A stretch of 64,000 bases of DNA from Octopus bimaculoides (Eukaryota), in assembly GCF_001194135.2 (NCBI RefSeq), contig NC_068982.1:132144330-132208329 (forward strand), read 5' to 3'. Both the position numbers and the translations under genes were made by a program. The notes below the pieces were generated by a model that worked only from the letters and a program-made list of their open reading frames with translations, ran no database searches and was not told the DNA's origin. Positions 22,521-35,740 of the stretch are shown here, piece after piece; the stretch's first letter is position 1; every line of letters begins with the position of its first letter.

Positions 22521-25500
22521 GAAAGCTAATTTTCGCTATAAACGTATTCTAGCTCAATGCAAATAAATCACTTGAATTTCAGTTATGTGTACGTAATGTT
22601 TATATTTAGTCCAGTGTGAAAGCTATCATATTTACTAAGTAAACCTACTTCATTCCTATATTCATTTCTCCCTTTCTTTTGTATAAACAAAGCACGATAA
22701 CACATTAGGGTGATCTGGTTGAGTAATTGAGACATCATTTTGTAGCAGTGATGAGTTCGAAAGCAATTATAGCCAGATTCCATCGAGAGACAGAAAAAAA
22801 GATTAACAGCAACAATATAGGTTAGAAATTATAGCGCCTAATTGATAGTCATTGAGCATCGTAGAGAATACTTCACGTTATCTGTTTTTGACTGAGTTCA
22901 AATCCCACTGAGGTCATCTTTGTCGTTTTGAGGTCGATATAAAAGTTCAAGTCTTTAGCAGTGTATTAGCGAAGCAGTAAAAATGTCATTCCGAATAAAT
23001 TCTGCGTTCTGAGTTCAAATCCCATCGTAAATTACTTGAGTAATAAAGGATTGAATTTTTATTAAATTAGTACAAGTATTTACTGAAGGTGAATAGAAAC
23101 GTTTAAAAACCTCTTTACGCTTTCTCTCATTTGTATTAAATTTAGTTGAAAAGTGAAAGGAAGTTTTCTGCGGAGTTAATTATATTTGATTTTTTTTAAT
23201 ACTTAAATACTGATGTTAAAAGGAATTCTATGTATCAGTTAGGTAAAAAGAAAATATCTTTCTTCATCTAAAGTAATAGCGATATCCTTTCGATTGTAAA
23301 CTTTTACGTAATCTAATTTACAACTACTCTCAATGAGAGAGTAGAATACTCATGATGGAAGGCAGTTTAACAATTATTGAGCAACTCATATGATGTGACT
23401 CATGCGACAGTATAATATGACGGTAATGTAACTTTATGCTATGAAACATACATAAATTCACCCTAACTGTTCTCTTGATCAAGAGAACTGTCTAAAACAA
23501 GAAGAAGGATACTAGCAATTGTGTAAACACAAATCTGATTTCAAATATGATACTGAAAATACAGAAGTGAAAGGAACATTAAAATTAAACGTTTTAAACA
23601 TTTTTCTGCTGTGTTTGATCGGTAGTTCACCAAGTGACTGCATTTCACATTATTTTCCAAAGAATATAAATACTCAACGGTATTTCCAAAGCAATAATAG
23701 AGGACTGTAAGAAGACAGAATAGTTTGTTTGGAATCGAGAGAAAGACGCGTTGCTGTTTGTCATGTAAACTTTTCTGGTGCATTCCTAGAACTTCAAATT
23801 CAAACTCTGCTTGACTTCTTGATATCTTTCTTGTATAAATTGGCGAAAACCAATTGTTAGTATCTCACAACAGTAAAAGAGAAATAGTTACAAGGAATAA
23901 TATATGAAATAAACTTTGATTTAAATTAAATTAAATTAAATTAAATTAAACTTTGAATTAGAAAACACTTCAAATTTGTCATAGTTTCTGTTTCTGAAAT
24001 TTTCCATGCCGATATTTTAAAACAAGCATCAACGTACTAGAACACAAGATGATAAAGTAAACGGTTAAGATTATCTTTTATAAAATAAACTTTTAAAAGA
24101 TTTTAATATCTTACTATCATGAGACCAAGACAGAAAAAACGTGCACATGACCACCAAGAGGAATTGAACCATACCTGTGTTGCAATTTAGTCGATCTTGT
24201 AGTAAATAACCACAGTATTCCGTCTGCTCACTTCTAAAGCGTCACTAAACAAGCTACTAATCTATCTCGTTATTCACACGAGAATCTTCGATATTTTCGC
24301 AGCTGATTAACCTAAGGCTTTAGACAGATCGTTTCATGTTTCATTTTTCAATTTTATTTATCATTAAACATAATTTCTACTTAATTAAATGCTAAATAAC
24401 ACAACAACCGTTCAAATATCCACCCACGAATATATCAATACAACCTAAAGGCTTTGGTGTATGTTTAGCACGATGGTTTGGATTACGACAAATGTATAGC
24501 TGGATCCTCGTGAGCGCTTTTATTCACTACTTTTTTTTCTGTCTCAGAATTGTACTTTTAAAGTGTTTGATTAAATTTAAACTTGCTTTATAATCGAAAA
24601 TCTTATGCTACAACTACTGAAATAACTGGAAAAAATTTTCAAATATCTTCAAGTCCACTTCTTATCTTCAGAGTCATACGACGAGCTTATCTCAGATTGT
24701 TCTAATCTTTTAAATCAACATATTTTTGCTGCGAGTAAAGTCTTCAAAGTATTTCAGTTATTGTGGAAGCAGCCCTAGTAACTGCTGTCACGTTGACATG
24801 ACATTGGGCTGTCTTCTAAAGAAAGATTTCTTTTGTTCATAAATTGCAGCAATAAACAGAGAAATTTCTGTTAAGCATGAACAAATTAGAAAAGTACTTT
24901 CTTTCTCTATATACGACAGTAAAACGCAAGTGTGTAACAACGACGCTAGCGCAGTATGAGAGTACACTGGTTCCTAAGTGAATACACTACAACAATGTCT
25001 AATGACAATCATCAACTACTTCATCTCATGTGGTTTCCATACTTTCAATTTGTGAAGAAACCGCACACTTGAGTGAATCTTGAAAGCTGTTACATATTTT
25101 GGACCATTTCAAACTACTTGTAATTTTATTCCAACTCTAAGTGATAGAAACTACTTAAAAATCACATAGAATTCCTCTACACAACAGAACAGAATACTTG
25201 AAAGAATTAAACATCAGACGTACTTGAAAGAATTAAACCCCTTTCATCTCACATTACAGGCATTCAATTTGCATAGCAAAATCTTAGAGTTTAACAGCAA
25301 GCACAAGGAACAAAGTGAATGGGCTATTTACGTACCTAAAATGTCGGCCGCTTGGTATAGAATATTAACCACGACACTTGCAACATAGCCATTCAAGCCT
25401 GAGATAGTATATTGGATGTGGAGGTATCTAGCATAGAAAATCTCATTGATTATACGAGGAAGTTATGGGGGAAAATGGGGAAATATGTGGAATGGAGTCA

Positions 25501-26107
25501 AAGATGTAACGTCAGATTATGTGATGGAAACTAAACTTAAGACGTAGAAGAAGAGGAAGGGTGCGCGTAGACACAATATCGGCTCTCAGCTAAGCCAAAA
25601 TTACTTTGGAAAACTGAATTTTATATTTTGACTACGTTTCAAATATCAAATACTGTTATGCAAGAGAAAGGAGTGAGAGAAAGTTGTGGCGAAAGAGTCT
25701 GCAGAAGTTCGCCATTACCTTCTGCCGGAGCCGCGTAGAGCTGTGTTTCGCTCATAAACACACACATCGCCCGGTCTGAGATTCGAACCCGTGACTCCTC
25801 TACTGCTTTGTATAAAGTATGTTATTTAGTCATTTTGATGCATAAGGAATAATGCATTTTCGAAAACTTACAAGCGTTCATATTGAGATTAGTCATCATG
25901 TTCATTATGATCACTCACCAAAAGCAGTCTACTTTGTTCATATTTTATCATAATCATATTTTTCTACAGAGGAGAAGCTACAACTTCAGAATTTCTTGTA
26001 ATGCCCTTATCTATAATAAAAGACTTAAAAGAGTGTACAGTGTCCGTTTGTGTTCTAAATTCTTAATTTTTAAACGAATCTCCAAGTGCCAGGAAGCAGT
26101 TGTGTTC

Positions 26108-26157
26108 TGCCAATGTTGTTGTTGGCACTCCGTCGCTTACGACGTCGAGGGTTCCAG
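26108..26157 (-). mobile_element. Family 1 SINE 3' end running into gap
   Basis: Revcomp of ggcactccgtcgcttacgacgtcgagggttccag matches 7335-7365. Confidence 0.75.
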
Positions 26158-26743
26158 NNNNNNNNNNNNNNNNNNNNNNNNNNNNNNNNNNNNNNNNNNN
26201 NNNNNNNNNNNNNNNNNNNNNNNNNNNNNNNNNNNNNNNNNNNNNNNNNNNNNNNNNNNNNNNNNNNNNNNNNNNNNNNNNNNNNNNNNNNNNNNNNNNN
26301 NNNNNNNNNNNNNNNNNNNNNNNNNNNNNNNNNNNNNNNNNNNNNNNNNNNNNNNNNNNNNNNNNNNNNNNNNNNNNNNNNNNNNNNNNNNNNNNNNNNN
26401 NNNNNNNNNNNNNNNNNNNNNNNNNNNNNNNNNNNNNNNNNNNNNNNNNNNNNNNNNNNNNNNNNNNNNNNNNNNNNNNNNNNNNNNNNNNNNNNNNNNN
26501 NNNNNNNNNNNNNNNNNNNNNNNNNNNNNNNNNNNNNNNNNNNNNNNNNNNNNNNNNNNNNNNNNNNNNNNNNNNNNNNNNNNNNNNNNNNNNNNNNNNN
26601 NNNNNNNNNNNNNNNNNNNNNNNNNNNNNNNNNNNNNNNNNNNNNNNNNNNNNNNNNNNNNNNNNNNNNNNNNNNNNNNNNNNNNNNNNNNNNNNNNNNN
26701 NNNNNNNNNNNNNNNNNNNNNNNNNNNNNNNNNNNNNNNNNNN
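26158..26743. other. Assembly gap
   Basis: N run. Confidence 1.
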
Positions 26744-27006
26744 ATTCCTGCTTTTTTTTATATATATGAACTTTTTGAACTTTCTGATTTTTCATGCTTT
26801 GCCTTTCTCTCTCCTTTTCTTCTTTTCTTCTCCTTCTCCTCTCATCCTTTTTTTCTTCTCTTCACAACTTTTGAACTTTTTGAATTTTCATACTCCGTAC
26901 GTTATTACTTTGCTTTTCTCTCTCCTTTTCTTTTTTCGCATGGATGTTTAAAGTAAAGAACGCACACAAGGTAATGTGATGAATATTTCAGAAATAGATG
27001 TTAAAC

Positions 27007-27083
27007 GTGTTATTTTTAACTGATGAGCTCAAAGTATGGTTTTTCATACAGAGGGCGAAATCAATTGATATTGAAATATACAC
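27007..27083 (+). ncRNA. Candidate type I hammerhead ribozyme
   Basis: GTGTTATTTTTAA-CTGATGA-GCTC aaa GTATG gttttt CATAC aga GGGC-GAAA-TCAATTGAT-A-TTGAAATATACAC; three stems can form, intact core, AUA site. Confidence 0.6.
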
Positions 27084-27680
27084 ATTCCTTACTTTTGTAT
27101 TCCACGCAAGGTAAGCCTATTTCTGCTATATTAGTTGCATTGCCCGTGTGTATTTTAATAGTGAGTTATTAGTGGTTTTGGAGCGATGACTCTGTTTATA
27201 GCAAGTGGTGTTTAAATACCCTACAGTATCTGAATTTAATTTATATTTTACCTGTAAAGGTGTAAGCTTACTAGCCACCTTATTGTTATCATTATCATTA
27301 TTAATAACGGTAATAATACGTCTTTGATTTGAAGAGCGAAGGCTCGAAACGTAAAAGACTTTCTCACTTTCCCGAGCATCAAACTAATACACCTGCTTGT
27401 TGTTCATACACTTGTCTTCGTCTTTTATTTTTCTGTAAATTTCAACTATATATATGTATATATATAGTTGTGTGTATATTTTGTGTAGGTATATGTATAT
27501 AATCACACACAATAGTTTATATACATTCTTTTACATCTATATATGTTTTTAGAAAAATCTCTTGATACAATCACAATATTTCAGATTTTCTTAAATGAAA
27601 AATAATTATAAATTATATTAAAATATCTTTAAAAAAGGCAACTTAATCCTCACACACACGCGCGCAAACATACGTACATA

Positions 27681-27780
27681 TCGGCAGAATCGTTAGCACG
27701 CCGTGCAAAACATTTACCGACATTTCGTCTGTCTTCATGTTCTGATTTCAAATTCTTCCGAGAGCGATTTTGTCTTAACA
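27681..27780 (+). mobile_element. Family 3 SINE 5' fragment
   Basis: ggcagaatcgttagcacgccg head and gatttcaaattc B-box remnant. Confidence 0.7.
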
Positions 27781-28095
27781 TTTCACTTCGTCATTCAGCT
27801 ACTATCTGTGAAAGCATTTGTTTTCTCTTTTTTTCCTTTTATAACAGATTTGAGATCTTCCATTACTATTACTGATTAGATATGTGTTTTCAAACACTAC
27901 AGAAAGATACTGATGAATCCTTGTTTCTCATTGCCTTTACTATACGTTTTGTATACATCTATGATTGAGTTTAGGGTGTCATCTAAAAACGAGTATGATG
28001 CTAAGGTTAGTGGTAATGGATATTTTTAGACTCAAGGCTTTAATACATGTATACAGAATCAGTAGAGGGCACAACGAATGTTTTCCAGTATTAGT

Positions 28096-28115
28096 TACAT
28101 TTAGTTAGGTTCTAT

Positions 28116-28187
<72 letters not shown>
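28096..28187. repeat. (AGAT)n microsatellite
   Basis: Direct reading. Confidence 0.95.
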
Positions 28188-28188
<1 letters not shown>

Positions 28189-28599
28189 AAAGAGAGAGAA
28201 ATAAAGAGAAGTAGAGAAACATAAACCAGTATTAATATCAGAACCAATAAATGCGGACGAGTACAACAACATAAAAGAAAGTAAAAAGTTAAAGGAACAA
28301 AATGCAGATTTATGTAAAATTGGTTTCTGTATAGATTCAGAATTATATTTACTAGTAGATATTAACTTATCGGAATGATTGAACATTATGTCGGCTGCAT
28401 TTATTTACATTTATAGACACATCAATAGACAGTATTACGAATGTAAATGTAAGCAGACTCAGCCAACCTAACGTGAAACCATTCCGATTAGTTATATGCC
28501 AGTTTAACAAGTGCTAAAGCTATTCAGAAGCCAATTTTATATAAATCTGCATTTTGATCTTTTTAACATTATAGTATTTTTTAGTTTATATTTCTCCCC

Positions 28600-28600
28600 G

Positions 28601-28676
<76 letters not shown>

Positions 28677-29092
28677 TCTCTTTCTTTCTTCTATTTTCAT
28701 TTCATTTTATTTCAAGACTTGTTCTTGTCGTTGTGTACATGTTCCACGAATAAAATAACTACATCTAATATAACAATACACTTTTCAGTCTCGATTTTAA
28801 AAGCTCCTCCAAATATCACCACATATGTTGTGGGTTTTTTTATCTATTTCTCTCTACAGGCAAATCAATAACTGCTTAAAAGCTTTTCTCCAGCTTCTAC
28901 ACACACAATCACACACACACTCTCTCACCCTACTCTCTCTCTTTCTCTTTCTCTTTCTCTCTCTCTCTCTCTTTCTCTTTCTCTTTCTCTCTCTCTCTCT
29001 ATCTTTCTCTTTATCTTTCTCTCTCTCTCTCTTTCTCTTTCTCTTTCTCTCTCTCTCTTTCTCTTTCTCTTTCTCTTTCTCTCTCTCTCTTC
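28600..29092. repeat. (CT)n and CT-rich compound tracts (28600-28680, 28920-29092)
   Basis: Direct reading. Confidence 0.9.
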
Positions 29093-29689
29093 TAGAGATT
29101 ATGAACGCTCTGTTTCAAGTTTGAAAGGTTTAAGAGTTAGATACTGACAGAAAACCACTATAAAGTTTATAATTGTTGTATTACTTAACAAAGTGAACTA
29201 TAGAGTGTGATGTCTAATTGAATGAAATGCAATAAGTTACATATCACGAGGATTTCACACATGACATAAGCAAAACTAAAACTTATATTTTCAGAAACTT
29301 CTCTAGAAAATCGCAAATTACCTTTGTTCTCATTCATTCATTTTGACTCCGGCTGTTTATTCATTTCAGAGATGAAAAAAAAAAAGTAATTGTGAGGTTT
29401 AGGATATTCCCAAGAATTATAACAACATAAATAAATAATCTCATTTAAAAATCTTCATTCATTCAAAGAAGAAATTGAACGTTAATAAAATTTATATAGA
29501 ATTATGATATAATCTAATAAACTTCTTAAGTTGTAATATAATCGGTATTTGCTACTGGTATCAATTCTCATACCAAATGTAAATCAAAGGAATATATCTT
29601 GTTATATTACCAACAGATAATAGATGCGTTTATGGAATAAGACAGTTCGTATATCTAATTTTACTTGTAATTTAGTTATTTATTTGGAT

Positions 29690-30125
29690 TATACCTTCTA
29701 CTCAATCTATCAACTTGTCCTAAATGCCTTTTTAACTTTGTTTCTCACAAATTTGCCTACGCCAGTATGGTTCTTTACGTTCTGTTTGTTCTCTTCTTTT
29801 GTATCCAACTCTATCTGCAGCAACCATAGCTGCTGCCCAAATGATCTTGTTTGTTTCAGTTCTTTCTCGTCTGGAATAGCCCAAGGACCGAATCTGTCTT
29901 TTCGGTTTCAACTCAGGTTGCGAGTTGCTTGATCCTGGTCTTCTCTAATATATCGGCACAGCATCCTCACTATGTCCTGTTGGTCATCGTCGTATTCTTG
30001 TGATACAGCTCCTCCTATTACTTCTGCTTCATTTACTGAGAATCCATTTACATTTACACTTTGCTCTACGTCTTCACTGCCGCCATTCATTTCTCTGTTC
30101 TCACTGGTCACGTTATCCGTTGGTG
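29690..30125 (-). mobile_element. R4/Dong-clade N-terminal fragment, same family as 20530-21190
   Basis: Shared blocks such as gcagctatggttgctgcagatagagttg and atagtgaggatgctgtg. Confidence 0.8.
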
Positions 30126-30536
30126 GATAATGTTTGTGGACGCCACGCCACACGGAGAACTGGCCCGCAGATTTCGAAAAATCCTCAAAAGTACCAAGTT
30201 GAGGATAAATGTTATAGAAAAACCAGGGAGATCAATTAGATCAATAATATGTAAAACATATCCCTTCAGAAGAACAAGGTGTGTTGAGGAGAGTTGCATT
30301 GTGTGCAAAAATAGTCCTGGTGCCAACTGCAAAGCCAGAAATGTAGTCTACAAAATAAGCTGTATGGATGGTGAGTGTAAAAACAGAAACACCACATACA
30401 TAGGTGAAACGGCAAGAAGTTTGGCTGAGCGTGTAAACGAACATTGGAGGGACTATAATAATCAAAAACAAACCTCGGTGCTCTACCAGCATGCCAAAGA
30501 ACAACATGGTGGTGTACTGGACAGAATTAACATAGA
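30125..30536 (+). mobile_element. Penelope-like element GIY-YIG endonuclease with Cys-rich linker; open frame up to the gap
   Basis: MFVDATPHGELA...CIVC...CKARNVVYKISC...TYIGETARSLAERVNEH...LYQHAKEQH (GIY-YIG, catalytic Arg, CCHH). Confidence 0.85.
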
Positions 30537-31423
30537 NNNNNNNNNNNNNNNNNNNNNNNNNNNNNNNNNNNNNNNNNNNNNNNNNNNNNNNNNNNNNNNN
30601 NNNNNNNNNNNNNNNNNNNNNNNNNNNNNNNNNNNNNNNNNNNNNNNNNNNNNNNNNNNNNNNNNNNNNNNNNNNNNNNNNNNNNNNNNNNNNNNNNNNN
30701 NNNNNNNNNNNNNNNNNNNNNNNNNNNNNNNNNNNNNNNNNNNNNNNNNNNNNNNNNNNNNNNNNNNNNNNNNNNNNNNNNNNNNNNNNNNNNNNNNNNN
30801 NNNNNNNNNNNNNNNNNNNNNNNNNNNNNNNNNNNNNNNNNNNNNNNNNNNNNNNNNNNNNNNNNNNNNNNNNNNNNNNNNNNNNNNNNNNNNNNNNNNN
30901 NNNNNNNNNNNNNNNNNNNNNNNNNNNNNNNNNNNNNNNNNNNNNNNNNNNNNNNNNNNNNNNNNNNNNNNNNNNNNNNNNNNNNNNNNNNNNNNNNNNN
31001 NNNNNNNNNNNNNNNNNNNNNNNNNNNNNNNNNNNNNNNNNNNNNNNNNNNNNNNNNNNNNNNNNNNNNNNNNNNNNNNNNNNNNNNNNNNNNNNNNNNN
31101 NNNNNNNNNNNNNNNNNNNNNNNNNNNNNNNNNNNNNNNNNNNNNNNNNNNNNNNNNNNNNNNNNNNNNNNNNNNNNNNNNNNNNNNNNNNNNNNNNNNN
31201 NNNNNNNNNNNNNNNNNNNNNNNNNNNNNNNNNNNNNNNNNNNNNNNNNNNNNNNNNNNNNNNNNNNNNNNNNNNNNNNNNNNNNNNNNNNNNNNNNNNN
31301 NNNNNNNNNNNNNNNNNNNNNNNNNNNNNNNNNNNNNNNNNNNNNNNNNNNNNNNNNNNNNNNNNNNNNNNNNNNNNNNNNNNNNNNNNNNNNNNNNNNN
31401 NNNNNNNNNNNNNNNNNNNNNNN
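30537..31423. other. Assembly gap
   Basis: N run. Confidence 1.
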
Positions 31424-31945
31424 TATATATATATATATATATATATTTCGTTACACACTGGATAGATTTGAAATGTTTTCCTACTCCTGCCGTTCGCGTA
31501 TTTGTTATCTCGACCCAGAAATTCGAATAGAATTGGAAGGATATTGCTTTCAGTAATTTACAACTACAATAACACACACCACCTTTCCTCAGCTCTCTGT
31601 TTAGTGCTGGAAAATTATATTTCAATAAAAATGAACTAGAAACTGTTTATTGATGGTAGTTTAAGTTTTCATTGAAAGGAATAATATTTAATGTTATGGA
31701 TAAATAACCATCCCTGCTCACGCTTCAGTATTATTGCTGTTTTTATTATAAACACCTATTCGTATTGTCAAAACTTGGAATGGTAAATTTACGACGGCTT
31801 TGGCTCTCATTAAAAGGAATAATATTTAATGTTATCGATATACATAACACAAACGGCCATTTCTGCTTAATTTCATTCTAATTGCTGTCCTAATTAGAAA
31901 CATCTTTTGCATTAACACACACACACATGCAACTGTGTATGTTTC

Positions 31946-31946
31946 A

Positions 31947-32003
<57 letters not shown>

Positions 32004-32051
32004 AAGAGAGATAGACAGATAGACAGCTATCTAGCTAGCTAGCTAGCTAGC

Positions 32052-32112
<61 letters not shown>

Positions 32113-32180
32113 GTAACTGTTATGTGTGCGTGTGTATGTGTGTGCGTGCGTGTGTGTGTGCGTGTGTGTGTGTGTGTGTA
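31946..32180. repeat. (AGAT)n/(AGCT)n/(GT)n compound microsatellite
   Basis: Direct reading. Confidence 0.95.
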
Positions 32181-32639
32181 AGATTTCATTCCAGCATGAT
32201 GTAAAAGAACGGTGAAATAGAAGGCTATAACATACATGTTTTCATCAAGAATACTAGAACACTAGCACTGAAGAGAAGTAAACTGACTTCGAATAGAGCC
32301 GAAACCGAACTACTAACCAACGTTACTGGAAGAGTACTGTTTAGGAAAAGATCTTAGGCCCGAGACTATTCATTTTGGTGGAAAGAACAATCAAGTATAT
32401 CGACTTGCGTACTTGATTTTCATCAACCTTCAAAGAATGGAAGGCAACGTTGAACCTGAAAATAACAGCATTAATACTGTTAATACTGCATTCAGAAAAT
32501 AACAGCATTAATACTTTTTTCTCTTTCATTATCTGCATCCACTATACGATATCGGTTTTGTACTCCAGAATCGTAAAACCTATTTTTTGAAGTACGATAT
32601 TATATCAGAATAGCATTTCTTGGAGAAGCAGAAAAATAT

Positions 32640-33130
32640 AGTAGCAAAGTGAAGAAACAATGAGTGAACGAAACAAAACTCGAAAATTGAAGACAAGCAA
32701 ATGCCGCTCGAAGACAGAAATGAAAATAGCATTTTCAACAGCAGCGAGAACAATTTTGGTTAAAAATACTGAGCAGATCGGAGCTGAATACTAACAATCT
32801 TCTCGAGAGCAGCGAGAACGTATGTTGACATTAAATGCTGAACAACATACAGCAGCATGACAATAACTTTCTCCAGAATAATGTGAACAAATTTTCGAAC
32901 AAAAAGCGGAACAGCATCGTCAAGCACACCATCAACTTTCTCAGAATAGAATTAATCGTAAAAATAAAAAAAATATGTTTATGTTGCAAGATTGCGTGCC
33001 ATAGATTCAGAGCAAGAACTAGTTGTAAATGTAATCTATCAAAGTTGTGATGTAGTGGACATGAGATGCCATTATTGTAAACGCTAATGTTCATAGGAGA
33101 GAGCTCTGGACAAAATTTGGCTTGTCCTGA
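32640..33130 (+). mobile_element. Possible Helitron N-terminal remnant
   Basis: Repeated EQ/QH-rich helical peptides followed by MRCHYC-(frameshift)-LMFIGE, similar to the Helitron MxxxCxxCxA..F..E motif. Confidence 0.4.
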
Positions 33131-33775
33131 TTTTGCGTGAATTGCAAGCCTTACACCACTGATAGTAAGGAAATTACAATTCAAGTAAAAACACAATTCA
33201 GTTAAGAAATATAATTTATTTCAATTTTAAAAAATGGTTTAGCAGCTAGCTGTGAATCAGAATACATACATACCCGTGAATGGCATAATGTGGTGTCCGA
33301 CATTTAATGTTGTAACGTGCAAACGATATAATGTTACGTATATATCATTCTAAAATCATTACTGACTGATAGCTCGAAGGACACATTTTCACGTGATTAC
33401 CTTAAATAGTCAGCTGACATTTTTGCTGCTCTTAATTCTCTACATCTTTACAAATAGCGATAAATGATATATTATATTCAGAATATTGTTTATCGCTCAG
33501 ATCCTAATAGATGTGTTTGCCGTATAATTACTCTTTTGCCCACTATGTACAACCACCCCACGGCATTATATTAATCATCTTTCCTTAACCATTTTATTTA
33601 TTTTTCATTATGCTAAATAGGAAACCGAGACAAAATTAATCAAAATTGTGCATCAACGCGAAAACGACAAATACGGCGACGTTATTGTTTAGTCGAAAAG
33701 AGACGTGAAATGATTCGAATCTGCAGCAAACTGAAAAGACAAGGAGTCCGAACACATACATCTAAATGGTGTGTG

Positions 33776-33785
33776 NNNNNNNNNN
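33776..33785. other. 10-N gap with duplicated flanks (contig overlap)
   Basis: 65-bp identical sequence on each side. Confidence 0.95.
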
Positions 33786-33843
33786 TGATTCGAATCTGCA
33801 GCAAACTGAAAAGACAAGGAGTCCGAACACATACATCTAAATG

Positions 33844-33930
<87 letters not shown>

Positions 33931-34429
33931 CGTGTGTGCGTGCCTATAACCCACTTATGTTCTGCAATACATACTCTCAATCTCTCTCTTTCTATATGGG
34001 GAAAAGAGAGAGAGAATGAGGGATGATGTACTGTAGAGCACCAGAAAGGTGTAGCGTAACATGCGTAAGAGCATGAATGTTAGCCATAGAGAAGAAATTC
34101 TAGGAATAAAAATGAAATAGATACGATACACAGTAGTATTATGGTCCAACAAGAAAGAAGTGAAATCTTGAAAAATATCTAAGATTATTTTCAAAATACG
34201 AAAATTTGAGAACAATATCGAAGAAATGATATGAATAAGGCCCAAAGACGATAATGCCAATTCCGAATTCCAGATAATGATATGGATCAACAATTTAATA
34301 TTAGTGAATATTGTGTGTCAAAAGCTGTGGAACCATGAAGTTCGCTAAACGAACCACTGACTGGATGACAACAGGAAAAAACATCATAGCCGGAATTAAT
34401 TCAATACTTTGCTCGGCTCATTATTTTAC

Positions 34430-34453
34430 ACCATTATTATTATTATTTTACAC

Positions 34454-34519
<66 letters not shown>

Positions 34520-34520
34520 A
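34430..34520. repeat. (ATT)n microsatellite
   Basis: Direct reading. Confidence 0.95.
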
Positions 34521-35299
34521 TTATTGTTATTATTTTCCACCAACCATTATGAAGCAACAAAAGGGAAAAGACAAAATAATCAACAGTCTAAAATCAAACA
34601 TTTTTTTTTATTTATTGTTATGTACTCATATTTCCCTGCCTAAAGTTATATGGCGTCTGTCGAAATAAATATATAAATCATCCAGTATATCCTGGTTATG
34701 TACGTAACAAGTTTATTATTAGGAGAGACAGGGACAACAAGCTGCTGAACGAGCTGATCAGTGCTATACATGCTTAGATTCTTGGTTCAAATTAAATTAA
34801 AGTTATACCAATATTCACTACTTATCAAAATACTTTGTGATTTCTAGATATGTGTTCAATCAAAAGGACACTAAATGAACACGGTGGGATGCAGGTTAGC
34901 AATGTCTTTACCAGTATGTGTTCAGTGAGACTACTCTATCTTATTTATACTTTCGAAGAGCAATTTCATTTACATATTTGAGAAGAGTACATATAGAATA
35001 GCTTCCAACATTTAAGGAAGTGTATATCAGATAGAAACTTTTTGAATAACATACATAGTTACATAGTAACTATGTACGCCCTGACGTACTTTTTCAGTCA
35101 TCCACTCAACGACCTGGAACAATGGAATGAACACGAACATATGATTGATGACCTCGTATTAAAAAAAAATGATAAACACACTGCAGATAATAGTTTTTCA
35201 TTTATTGGTTTCAATTTTGGGGATAAGGGAAATATGCAGAATATTTAGTCTTCTTGAGACAAAATATAACCCACCGACTCCTCCAATAAAGAAGCAACA

Positions 35300-35740
35300 T
35301 TGTTAGACGGAGCTCACCTCAATCATGAGCAATAGATACTCGCAAAAAGGTAATGAATGTGGCATCTGCAGCGGGAAAATTAGACTGTGATGAGAGATTT
35401 TATTTAGATGCACCAAGTGGATCAAGGGAAAATAATTTATTCAACATGTTGAGCGGCCTTTTTAGTGCAAATATTGTTGCATCTACAACTACCTTGACTA
35501 GCAGTGCCATGGAATTAAAACTCTTCACGGCGTCTTTAATTTGTCATTTCAGGTGACAAAAACGAGTGTTTGTAATGTTGTGCCAAACTCTAAATAAGCT
35601 AATAACCTAAAAGCAGTAAAAATATTCCACGTTGGAATATCAATGCTACCGAAATTTCCATTAATAAATATTTGCGAGACATAATGGCGAGTGAAACTAT
35701 ATTCAGCGCTAAAGTATTCCTATGGAAGCTGATGTCAAGC
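35300..35740 (+). mobile_element. Helitron Pif1-type helicase remnant
   Basis: LNHEQ, FYLDAPSGSRENNLFN (cf. FxLDAPGGTGKTFL.N Walker A), SVCNV, LRDIM...F.AKVFL motifs in the expected order. Confidence 0.7.

Noticed and set aside
24150-24270. Possible minus-strand micro-exon (ctttag...cag|gtatgg)
   Set aside because: Splice-like signals only; peptide not recognisable
33711-33850. 65-bp exact direct repeat around a 10-N gap
   Set aside because: Unmerged contig overlap, an assembly artefact
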